A program made the translations under genes and the position numbers. Positions 56,184-64,000 of a DNA stretch of 64,000 nucleotides are shown one piece after another (position 1 is the stretch's first letter; the number at the start of each line of letters is the position of its first letter). Origin of the DNA: Candidatus Nealsonbacteria bacterium (GTDB lineage: Bacteria; Patescibacteriota; Minisyncoccia; Minisyncoccales; JANBVM01). The notes beneath the pieces were generated by a model that ran no database searches, was not told where the DNA came from, and was given only the letters and a program-made list of their open reading frames with translations. The stretch is from the NCBI GenBank assembly GCA_026016225.1, contig CP061210.1, forward strand, positions 66,000 to 129,999, given 5' to 3'.

Positions 56184-57668
56184 ATGGATATCCCAAAAGA
56201 AGTAAAATTTGTTATTGAAAAATTAAAAAACAAAAAGTTTGAAGCTTATATTGTTGGGGGATGTGTTCGTGATTTTTTGCGAAATGTAGAACCTGAAGAC
56301 TGGGACATTACAACAAATGCCAAACCAAAAGAAATTCAGCAAATATTTCCAAAAAGTTTTTATAAAAACAAGTTTTTGACGGTGACCGTTCAAACTGAAA
56401 GTAAAAACCCTAAATTAAAAGAAATTGAGATTACCACCTTTCGTTTGGAAACAAGATACACTGACAAACGTCATCCAAGCGAAGTTAAGTTTGCCAAAAC
56501 CGTCAAAGAAGATTTAGCCAGAAGAGATTTTACAGTCAATGCAATAGCAATAGAAGTTCCACGTTCGAAGGTCAAAGTTCAAAGTTCGGAATTAAAGATT
56601 GTTGACCCTTTTAATGGACAAAAAGATTTAGAAAACAAAATTATTCGGGCTGTGGGAAATCCAGAAAAAAGATTTTCAGAAGATGCCTTAAGAATGCTTA
56701 GAGGAGTAAGATTCGCTGTAAAATTAGGAAAAAATTGGAAGATTGAAGAAAAAACAGCCAAAGCCATTAAAAAGAACTCAATCTGGCTGCAGGCTATTTC
56801 TAAAGAAAGAATTAGAGATGAATTTATGAAAATTATTATGGCGGAAAGAGCAGCAGAAGGGATTGAACTCTTAAGAAAATTAGATTTGTTAAAATATATT
56901 ATCCCTGAAATAGAAGAAGGTTATGGTATCGCTCAAAATAAACATCATATTTATAACTGCTATGAACATTTTGTGCGCTCTTTAGATTATGCGGCTAAAA
57001 GAAGTTTTAATAAATATGTAAGATTAGCAGCTTTATTTCATGATATTGGGAAACCGAGAACAAAAAGAGGTGAAGGACCAGATGCTACTTTTTACGGCCA
57101 TGAAATAGTTGGGGCAAGAATGACTATTCAGATTTTAAACCGATTAAAATTTCCTAAAAAAGAAATTGAAAAAATCGCCAAACTCGTTAGATATCACCTT
57201 TTTTACTATAATCCAGGAGAAGTCGGTGAAAGTTCTGTCAGAAGACTGGTACGTCAGGTAGGACCTGAGAATATGGAAGAATTACTGCAGGTAAGAATGG
57301 CAGATAGAATTGGCTCAGGAGTTCCAAAAGCTGAGCCTTATAAACTCCGCCATTTACGATATATAATTGAAAAGGTATCTCAAGACCCTATCTCAAGCAA
57401 AATGTTAAAAGTCAATGGAAATGATATAATGAGAATCTTAGATATAAAACCAGGACCAAAAATAGGACAAATTTTAGGTGTACTGCTTAGTTATGTTTTA
57501 GAAGACCCTGAAAAAAATAAAAAAGAGTTTTTAGAAAAAGAAATTAAAAAATTAGGAAATTTAAGCGAAAAGGAGTTAAGCTCCTTAGCCCAAAAAGCAA
57601 GAAAAGAAATAAAGGAAATAGAAACAAAAAGAGACCAGATGACAAAAAAGAAATATTGGGTGACCTGA
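56184..57668 (+). CDS. cca: CCA-adding enzyme / tRNA nucleotidyltransferase with an HD domain
   Basis: GGCVRDFL...DWDITT, RRDFTVNA, and HDIGKP (HD domain). Confidence 0.8.
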   Translation: MDIPKEVKFVIEKLKNKKFEAYIVGGCVRDFLRNVEPEDWDITTNAKPKEIQQIFPKSFYKNKFLTVTVQTESKNPKLKEIEITTFRLETRYTDKRHPSEVKFAKTVKEDLARRDFTVNAIAIEVPRSKVKVQSSELKIVDPFNGQKDLENKIIRAVGNPEKRFSEDALRMLRGVRFAVKLGKNWKIEEKTAKAIKKNSIWLQAISKERIRDEFMKIIMAERAAEGIELLRKLDLLKYIIPEIEEGYGIAQNKHHIYNCYEHFVRSLDYAAKRSFNKYVRLAALFHDIGKPRTKRGEGPDATFYGHEIVGARMTIQILNRLKFPKKEIEKIAKLVRYHLFYYNPGEVGESSVRRLVRQVGPENMEELLQVRMADRIGSGVPKAEPYKLRHLRYIIEKVSQDPISSKMLKVNGNDIMRILDIKPGPKIGQILGVLLSYVLEDPEKNKKEFLEKEIKKLGNLSEKELSSLAQKARKEIKEIETKRDQMTKKKYWVT

Positions 57669-57680
57669 CCTAAATTTTAT

Positions 57681-57751
57681 CAGGATGTAGTATAACGGTA
57701 GTACACGGCCTTCGGGAGGCCGGAGCCTGGGTTCAACCCCCAGCATCCTGA
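57681..57751 (+). tRNA. tRNA-Pro(CGG)
   Basis: Acceptor caggatg/catcctg, anticodon stem cggcc/ggccg, loop ttcggga. Confidence 0.75.
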
Positions 57752-57762
57752 AATTATTAAAA

Positions 57763-58677
57763 TTAAACATCAATCAAACCTCTAAATTTATCTCTTAACC
57801 TACCGTCAAGGCATTCTTTAGGATAAACATCTTGAGGATAAATCGCAACCAAAGTAAGCTTGTGCCTACGACAGAGCTTTTTCTTTTTCATTATGGTCCG
57901 ATCGTAACGAGGACTATCGTTGGCAAGACCAAAATACTCCACAAATATCTTCTGTCCTCCTATAAAAATAGCCCAATCTGCCCTGTAATTTGTTTTCGGA
58001 TAGAACACCTCTCTTTTATGAAAAATGTTGTTTTTCGTAAGCCAGTTATCAATAATGGCCTCTGAAACAGAGTCACATAGATGCCCATCTAACGCCACAG
58101 TATTTGTGCGTTTATACATACGTTGACTGTGCGAGCGATTTGGCTGGAGTCCTGCAGTAATAATAGCATTATTCCAAGAACCAAAAGTTTTTCTACACAT
58201 GTCAGCGATTTCTTTTAGTTCTCGCTTTGCAGGCACTCTTTTTAATGCTCGAGCGGTTCGTTCTATAATATCTATAAGTTGCTGAGGAGTATACCTTCGC
58301 CCTGCCTCTCTTCTGCACTTCATAGAACAATATTTTAAATTTCCTTTACTTCTTCTGAACCGTTTACCGCATCTAACACAGGTTTTAAACTTCGGTCTTT
58401 TTTCGGAGTCCCTCCTGTTATTTACCATAGCAGCACAAGAGTGAGAACAAAAAATAAATCCCCATTTAGATCTTCTAAATTGACCAAGTTCTCGCGAAAC
58501 CTCATTATTGCAATTAGGGTTTCCACAAACCTTTTCAACTCTGGTGACCTTGGCTGTATTTTGACACTCTTTGGAGCAATACTGATTCCAGCCAAACTTT
58601 TTGGCCTCATTATATCGACCCTTTTGCCTAAAAAATTCTTTACCACAAAACGCACATTTTACTTTTATTAAAATCAT
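57763..58677 (-). CDS. Zinc-ribbon repeat protein with a homing-endonuclease-associated-repeat-like segment and a C-terminal endonuclease-like domain
   Basis: Three CxxC...CxxxC units, the segment LKRVPAKRELKEIADMCRKTFGSWNNAIITAGL, and a C-terminal ...RADWAIFIGGQKIFVEYFG block. Confidence 0.4.
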   Translation of the reverse strand: MILIKVKCAFCGKEFFRQKGRYNEAKKFGWNQYCSKECQNTAKVTRVEKVCGNPNCNNEVSRELGQFRRSKWGFIFCSHSCAAMVNNRRDSEKRPKFKTCVRCGKRFRRSKGNLKYCSMKCRREAGRRYTPQQLIDIIERTARALKRVPAKRELKEIADMCRKTFGSWNNAIITAGLQPNRSHSQRMYKRTNTVALDGHLCDSVSEAIIDNWLTKNNIFHKREVFYPKTNYRADWAIFIGGQKIFVEYFGLANDSPRYDRTIMKKKKLCRRHKLTLVAIYPQDVYPKECLDGRLRDKFRGLIDV

Positions 58678-58819
58678 AACTTTCCGAAACTTTAAAGATT
58701 ATTAAAAAGTTAAATTTTCTAATTGACCTTATTCTCTATTTTTTATAATATAATTATGGTAATAAGAAATAATATATAAGCAAGTATAACTACTTTAATA
58801 CTAATATTTTCATACAATA

Positions 58820-59035
58820 ATGTCAAGAGAACTTTCCCCTATTGCCAAAAATATAAAAAGGCTTAGAAAAAAACTCGGACTATCCCAAGATAAACTTTCG
58901 AAATTGGCTAATGTTTCTCACAATACAATTATTAAAATTGAATCAGGAGGAATTCAGAGTCCGACAATTAAAACAGCTCAAAAGATTGCCAGAGCTTTAG
59001 GCGTTTCTGTTGATTATTTAATTAAGGAAAAATAA
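58820..59035 (+). CDS. XRE-family helix-turn-helix transcriptional regulator
   Basis: IKRLRKKLGLSQDKLSKLANVSHNTIIKIESG. Confidence 0.75.
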   Translation: MSRELSPIAKNIKRLRKKLGLSQDKLSKLANVSHNTIIKIESGGIQSPTIKTAQKIARALGVSVDYLIKEK

Positions 59036-59039
59036 ATCT

Positions 59040-59717
59040 GTGAAACCAAAATTAATAAATTCGAAGAATCAAGGTTCTTTATCAGGGATAAAGGTTCTTA
59101 TCTTTGATTTCTGGAAAACATTGGCTTATTCGCCAAAAAAGGATCCGAAAGAATTCTATTCTTCGCTCCCAGGCTTTGGTATTGAAATTACAGGAAAAGA
59201 AGATATAAAACGTTTTTCCTCTTCATTCTCTAAGTTAATGTGTTTTTCTAAGGATTGGGAAGATTTTAGCCAACAGCTCTTACAAGAATTCAGTAAAAAA
59301 CAAGGTGAAGAAAACATAACTGAACTTGCCAATTTTTTAAGAGAAAATATAGCTTACAAAATATATGATGATGTAAAAGAAGTTTTAGATTTACCTTACG
59401 CAAAAGCTATTTTAACTGATAGCGCCAGATTCCTTGTTGAAAACTCAGAATTGAAAGATTTAGGGAGAATTTTTACTCCAGCCGAAACAAAGGCCTTAAA
59501 GCCAGACTCAAGGGTTTTTTTAACAGTCATAAATGAGTTCAAAATAAAAGCAGAAGAGGCAGTAATGGTTGGTGACGACATAGAAAGGGATTTAGTTCCG
59601 GCTAAAAACTTAGGAATAAAACCTGTATTAATTGATAGAGAAAATAAATTTCAAGATTATCAAGGAATCAGAATTAATTCATTTAAAGAATTAAAAAAGC
59701 TTTTAGAAAATGATTAA
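59040..59717 (+). CDS. HAD-superfamily hydrolase
   Basis: Motif I LIFDFWKTL and motif IV MVGDDIERD. Uses a GTG start. Confidence 0.6.
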   Translation: MKPKLINSKNQGSLSGIKVLIFDFWKTLAYSPKKDPKEFYSSLPGFGIEITGKEDIKRFSSSFSKLMCFSKDWEDFSQQLLQEFSKKQGEENITELANFLRENIAYKIYDDVKEVLDLPYAKAILTDSARFLVENSELKDLGRIFTPAETKALKPDSRVFLTVINEFKIKAEEAVMVGDDIERDLVPAKNLGIKPVLIDRENKFQDYQGIRINSFKELKKLLEND

Positions 59718-59788
59718 GGGCCCGTAGTTTAATGGTAGAACGGCGCATTCGCATTGCGCAAACGGCAGTTCGATTCTGCCTGGGTCCA
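59718..59788 (+). tRNA. tRNA-Ala(CGC)
   Basis: Acceptor gggcccg/tgggtcc with G3:U70, anticodon loop ttcgcat. Confidence 0.8.
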
Positions 59789-59789
59789 T

Positions 59790-60170
59790 ATGAATACTAA
59801 AGAACTTGGAAATTTAGGTGAAAAAATAGCCCAAGATTATTTAAAAGACAAGGGATATAAAATCCTGGATAAAAATTATTGTTTTAGAATGCAGGGCAGT
59901 CCTCAAAAAGGGGAAATAGATATTATAGCTAAAAAAGATGGTGTCATTTCTTTTATTGAAGTAAAAACATTACAAAACAAAGGGTTATCAAGAATATTCT
60001 CTCCGGAAGACAAAGTAAATTTCCTTAAGAGAAAAAGATTAAGAAAAACTGCTGAATATTGGTTAACTAAGAACAAAATTCCATTAGATTCTAAATGGCA
60101 AATAAATATTATTGCAATAACAATAAATTTACTTGAAAAAGAAGCAAAAATTAGGTATTTTAAAACTTAA
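59790..60170 (+). CDS. YraN-family (UPF0102) endonuclease-like protein
   Basis: GEKIAQDYL...GEIDIIAKKDGVISFIEVKT. The start is taken at MNTKEL; the track ORF N-terminus overlaps the tRNA. Confidence 0.7.
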   Translation: MNTKELGNLGEKIAQDYLKDKGYKILDKNYCFRMQGSPQKGEIDIIAKKDGVISFIEVKTLQNKGLSRIFSPEDKVNFLKRKRLRKTAEYWLTKNKIPLDSKWQINIIAITINLLEKEAKIRYFKT

Positions 60171-60213
60171 TTAAAGTCGAAATATAATATAACTTTAATT
60201 TTATATATTTATC

Positions 60214-61143
60214 ATGAAAAAGATAAGAACCTTCTCTTCGAGAAGAACCTTGATTTACCCTCAAAGTAAAATAGGTTTAGTTATCGGCAAAGGCGCTGAT
60301 TTACCTAAAGAAATAATTGAAAAACATCAAATAGAGATTATTTCTTACAAAGCAGACTGGCCTGAAGTCGAGGGTCTTCCAGGTGAAAATATTTTCCAAA
60401 AAATGAGAGAGGCTGAAAAAAAAGAAATCAAAACTTTTGTCAAAACATCCCAGCCCTCACCAAAGGTTTTTTTAGACGCATACAAAAAACAATTAGAAAA
60501 ATTTGAAAATGTTTTTTGTATTACTCTAACCTCAAAACTCTCCGGAACCTATAATTCTGCTATTCAAGCAAAGAATTTTTTAAAACCACAGAACCAAGAA
60601 AGAGTTTTTGTTGTAGATTCCCTAAATGTCAGTGGCGGACAAGCACTTTTAGCTTTTAGATTGTTTGATTTAATAAATGAAGGAGAAAAAACAATGAAAG
60701 AAATTAAAAAAGAATTGGAAGAATTACGTTCAAAAATTAATTGCCGGGTAATATTCAAAGACCCAAAATGGGTGGAAGCTGCAGGAAGAATGTCCCCTAC
60801 GATAGCTAACTGGGTGAGAAGAATGGAAAAGGTTGGAATCCGTCCCTTAATTGGAATTAAAGATGGTCTCTTAAAGCCAGTAGGAATAAAAACTGGAGCA
60901 AAAGATATTGTTATTGCTCTCTTTAAAGAGATAAAAGAAAAAACCAGAAAATTAAGGAATCAAAATAAAAAAATCAGGGTAATTATTACCCATGGAGATG
61001 ATGTAAAAGCAGCCCAGAGATTAAAAGATATGATTGAAAAAGAATTAGAAGGAGGTGAGGTCTTGTTTATAAATATACTCAATGATATTATTGGAACTTT
61101 AGCCGGACCTGATGCTTTAATCCTCTCCTGGATTGAGGGCTAA
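60214..61143 (+). CDS. DegV-family (fatty-acid binding) protein
   Basis: TSQPSP, LSGTYNSA, and size matching DegV. Confidence 0.75.
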   Translation: MKKIRTFSSRRTLIYPQSKIGLVIGKGADLPKEIIEKHQIEIISYKADWPEVEGLPGENIFQKMREAEKKEIKTFVKTSQPSPKVFLDAYKKQLEKFENVFCITLTSKLSGTYNSAIQAKNFLKPQNQERVFVVDSLNVSGGQALLAFRLFDLINEGEKTMKEIKKELEELRSKINCRVIFKDPKWVEAAGRMSPTIANWVRRMEKVGIRPLIGIKDGLLKPVGIKTGAKDIVIALFKEIKEKTRKLRNQNKKIRVIITHGDDVKAAQRLKDMIEKELEGGEVLFINILNDIIGTLAGPDALILSWIEG

Positions 61144-61716
61144 ATATATCCTTTGGACAGCTGTAAGGTTGGAAAGAATAGCCAAAATTATTATCGGATA
61201 GATTATCAAAGAAAATCTAAAAATTCCCAAAGCAATTGCCAAGAAAATTAAAATTACTCTTTCCGCCCTGCCAAAAAAACCTTTTTTGAGTTCTCTTACT
61301 ACCAGTTCTTTTTCTTTAGCCGCTGCCTTTGAATAGGTAGTCATTAAAGAACCAAAGAAAGCAAGGAAAACCCAAATTTTAGAAGGTAAAAAAATATAAG
61401 ACAAGGGTAAAAAAAGAAAACCCAATAAAATAATTCCCTCAACATAACGGTCACATATTGTATCTATATAGGCTCCTTTTTTTGTGGCCCTTTTTGTTAT
61501 TCTGGCTACAGCTCCATCAACAAAATCCAAAGAAACAGCAAAGAAGAAAAAAGCTAAAGCTAAAATCAGCTTTATCTTAATTAAAAAATAAAAAGAAATG
61601 ACAGCAAAGAAAATAGACAGTAAAGTATAGTGATTAGGGTTTAAACCAAATTTAGAAAAAATTTCTCCTGTTTTAACCTCAATCTTTTTAAATTTTCCTC
61701 TTTTTTGCTCTAACAT
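61117..61716 (-). CDS. CDP-alcohol phosphatidyltransferase family protein
   Basis: DFVDGAVARITKRATKKGAYIDTICDRYVE matches the D-G-x2-A-R-x8-G-x3-D-x3-D signature. Confidence 0.75.
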   Translation of the reverse strand: MLEQKRGKFKKIEVKTGEIFSKFGLNPNHYTLLSIFFAVISFYFLIKIKLILALAFFFFAVSLDFVDGAVARITKRATKKGAYIDTICDRYVEGIILLGFLFLPLSYIFLPSKIWVFLAFFGSLMTTYSKAAAKEKELVVRELKKGFFGRAERVILIFLAIALGIFRFSLIIYPIIILAILSNLTAVQRIYLALNPGED

Positions 61717-62368
61717 AATAATTTAATTTAGCAATACTTCTTTTGGCATAAGCAATTGTCCTTTTAAAAAAATTCACTTCTTTGCCCCAAGGCTTTCCTT
61801 TTTTGTTCTTTATTGCTTCTAAAACTTGTTCAATAGAAAGATTTTCTCCTGGAATTTCTAAATAAGCTGAACCGATAATGTCCGGGGAGTGAGCATCAGA
61901 GCCTGCGGTAAAACAAAGGTTGTACTTTTTGACAAAATTCAAAGCTTTTTTATTTTCCCAGGTGAACATAGAAGCATTTAATACTTCTATTCCATCAATA
62001 TCGCTCAAAAAATCTTTTAGGTTTCCTTTAAAAGGGTAAAACATAGCAAAGGGATGAGCGATAATTGCCATACCTCCCTGTTCTTTAATTCTCATTATAG
62101 TTTCTTTTGCTGATAACCCCTTTGGAATTGTCTTTTCGATATTCAATCCTAAAATATCCCCTTCTCTGCTTTTCACTTCAATTCCCGGTATAATTAAAAC
62201 TGATTTATTCAAAGCATACCTTATAGTTTCAAATGCTCCCTTTATTTCCTCATGGTCGGTAATAGCTAAACAATCAATACCTTTTTGAATTGCAGCATCA
62301 ACTATTTGTTTGGGCAAAGAAGTGCTATCATAAGAATAACAAGTATGAACATGTAAATCACATTTCAT
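61688..62368 (-). CDS. PHP-domain phosphoesterase
   Basis: MKCDLHVHTCYSYDS and the later AITDHE, AHP, GSDAH motifs. Confidence 0.7.
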   Translation of the reverse strand: MKCDLHVHTCYSYDSTSLPKQIVDAAIQKGIDCLAITDHEEIKGAFETIRYALNKSVLIIPGIEVKSREGDILGLNIEKTIPKGLSAKETIMRIKEQGGMAIIAHPFAMFYPFKGNLKDFLSDIDGIEVLNASMFTWENKKALNFVKKYNLCFTAGSDAHSPDIIGSAYLEIPGENLSIEQVLEAIKNKKGKPWGKEVNFFKRTIAYAKRSIAKLNYYVRAKKRKI

Positions 62369-62390
62369 TCTGACATTCTAACATAGCATT

Positions 62391-62951
62391 ATGAATTTTC
62401 AATTTATTATTTCTTGTTTCTATTTCTTTCTTCCGGCTTATCTTACCAATATGACTCCTCCTTTAGCTAAAAAAACGGGAGTCTTTAAATTTTTAGACAA
62501 GCCGGTTGATTTTAACAAAAAATTTAAAGGAGAGCCTATTTTAGGCTCTCATAAAACCTGGCGAGGAGTTATTTTAGGAATAATTATAGGGCTCTTAATA
62601 GTTTATTTTCAGTCATTGCTTTATCAATTTCCATTAATACAAAAAATCAGTTTTTTTGATTATAAAAAAGAGAATATTTTACTGCTTGGGTTTTTAATTT
62701 CAGGAGGAGCAGTTTTTGGCGATTTGCTTTTTGCTTTTTTAAAGAGAAGATTAAGGTTAAAACCAGGAGCCAAATTTTTACCCTTTGACCAAACCAATTA
62801 TGTTATAGGAGCCGCCATTTTTATTTCATTGACACCATTTTTTGAAATTGATATTCTGGTCTGGTTAACTCTTTTTATTCTAACTTTCTTTTTACATATA
62901 ATATTTAATCGACTTGGCTACCTCTTGAAGTTCCATCAAGCAAAATGGTAA
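62391..62951 (+). CDS. CDP-archaeol synthase family (CarS/DUF46-like) membrane protein
   Basis: LPAYLTNMTPP, PVDF, GSHKTWRG, GDLLFAFLKRRL..KPGAKFLPFDQTNYVIGA; C-terminal ...HQAKW. Confidence 0.65.
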   Translation: MNFQFIISCFYFFLPAYLTNMTPPLAKKTGVFKFLDKPVDFNKKFKGEPILGSHKTWRGVILGIIIGLLIVYFQSLLYQFPLIQKISFFDYKKENILLLGFLISGGAVFGDLLFAFLKRRLRLKPGAKFLPFDQTNYVIGAAIFISLTPFFEIDILVWLTLFILTFFLHIIFNRLGYLLKFHQAKW

Positions 62952-62962
62952 AATAAGAAAAC

Positions 62963-63616
62963 ATGTTTCAAGAAACTATTAGCTTAGTTTGGGAAAAACT
63001 AACTCAAATCTCACCCTCAATTTTTTGGGCGAGCTTTCTTTTCCTTGTGGGCGTCATTATTTCAAAATCAATGGAAAAGCTTTCAGTGGCTTTCTTAAAC
63101 AAGATTAGATTAAACAAAGTCTTAGAAAGAATGGGTTTGAAACAAGCTTTTTCCAGAATAGATGTCAATCTTGACGGTTCTAAGATATTTGGTGAAATGG
63201 TTAAATGGTTTATTATTATTCTTTTTTTGATGATATCTTCTGGAATTTTGGGATTAACCGAACTAAGCCAATTCCTACAAAATGTAATTGTTTACTTCCC
63301 CAACATTTTTATTGCTGGTTTAATTTTTGTAGTTTGTGCCTTTTTAGCTGATTTTACTCAAAAAGTTGTTGTTGGCACCTTAGAAAAAGAGAAAATAATC
63401 TATTCCAGACTTTTGGGAAGGTCTATCCGTTGGATAATCTGGTTTTTTGCAATCCTGGCTATTTTATATCAACTCAAGATTGTTCCTTCTTTAATTTTAG
63501 TTATTTTTATTGGTATGGTAGCTGCTATCTCTCTTGCTTTAGGAATTGCTTTTGGTCTGGGAGGAAAAGATTTATCAGTTAAAATCCTGAAAGAATTAGA
63601 AGAGAAATTTAAGTAG
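62963..63616 (+). CDS. Polytopic membrane protein (TM-helix-repeat / mechanosensitive-channel-like N-terminal type)
   Basis: Hydrophobic helices only, so the family call is weak. Confidence 0.3.
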   Translation: MFQETISLVWEKLTQISPSIFWASFLFLVGVIISKSMEKLSVAFLNKIRLNKVLERMGLKQAFSRIDVNLDGSKIFGEMVKWFIIILFLMISSGILGLTELSQFLQNVIVYFPNIFIAGLIFVVCAFLADFTQKVVVGTLEKEKIIYSRLLGRSIRWIIWFFAILAILYQLKIVPSLILVIFIGMVAAISLALGIAFGLGGKDLSVKILKELEEKFK

Positions 63617-63619
63617 TTT

Positions 63620-64000
63620 ATGCAATACCTCACGCAAAAAGAATTAAAGGAAATGATGCTCCTCTCTTACAAAAGAATTGAAAAAGAAAAAGAAGAAATT
63701 AATAAAATCAACATCTTCCCAGTGCCTGACCAAGACACGGGAAACAACATAGCAAAAACTTTATTGGGAATAAAAGAAGCTATTAAAGGAAAAGAATTTA
63801 AAAATTTAGAGGATATCTCAGAAGCTATTTTAGATGGAGCTTTAATTAATGCCCAGGGAAATGCCGGTGTAATATATACCGGCTTTTTGGCTGGGTTTTT
63901 ACCCCAACTTGATAAAAATCCAGTTGATACTAAAAAATTAAGTTTAGCTTTTGAAAAGGGAGCAGAAAGAGCCAGAATAAGTATTCAAAACCCGCAGGAA
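63620..64000 (+). CDS. DAK2/DhaL-domain protein (YloV-like), partial, continues beyond the window
   Basis: Hand translation gives MQYLTQKELKEMM...FPVPDQDTGNN...NAQGNAGVIYTGF with no stop before position 64000. Confidence 0.7.
   Translation, partial: MQYLTQKELKEMMLLSYKRIEKEKEEINKINIFPVPDQDTGNNIAKTLLGIKEAIKGKEFKNLEDISEAILDGALINAQGNAGVIYTGFLAGFLPQLDKNPVDTKKLSLAFEKGAERARISIQNPQE

Noticed and set aside
59040-59717. HAD hydrolase with motif I DFWKT instead of DxDxT, which might indicate an inactive enzyme.
   Set aside because: Haloacid-dehalogenase-type HAD members naturally have an aromatic residue at the second position (DxYGT). This is probably normal subfamily variation.
1-64000. Search by eye for integrase, transposase, phage structural genes, CRISPR-Cas, restriction-modification or toxin-antitoxin pairs.
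   Set aside because: None was recognised. The only mobile-type genes seen are the intein, the two LAGLIDADG ORFs and possibly the zinc-ribbon nuclease.

Overview
This is a 64 kb, visibly AT-rich bacterial window with short, tightly packed and often overlapping genes. The gene content suggests a Candidate Phyla Radiation (Patescibacteria-like) genome, which is inference only. I found no rRNA, CRISPR array, integrase or transposase.

Ordinary content:
- Housekeeping genes: recG, valS, tsaD, gyrA, ftsH, an S1-domain protein, rplS, infB, htrA and the CCA-adding enzyme.
- A complete type IV pilus cluster (pilD, two pilins, pilC, pilT, pilB, pilM/N/O-like) next to comF.
- 21 hand-folded tRNA genes plus two tRNA fragments.

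Main find (1620-12985, minus strand): four radical-SAM/SPASM-type enzymes surround an exported 558-aa protein with 26 uninterrupted His-Xaa-Ser triplets followed by a Cys/His cluster. Two small HxsD-like proteins, a membrane aminopropyltransferase-like protein and duplicated exported proteins sit in the same string. This looks like an expanded His-Xaa-Ser (Hxs) maturation system. To my knowledge that system is known only from comparative genomics and its chemistry is unknown.

Other notable items:
- Five VirB2/TrbC-like pilin proteins; one carries a roughly 470-aa cysteine-rich C-terminal extension.
- A 41-nt hairpin element in three copies, one of them inside pilD, and a similar GC-rich insert in valS.
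- A full-size LAGLIDADG intein at the GyrA catalytic Tyr.
- Two free-standing LAGLIDADG genes wedged against tRNA-Leu genes.
- A CDP-archaeol-synthase-family gene.
- A G9 tract upstream of a surface-protein gene.

All family assignments come from motif recognition by eye. No searches were run.
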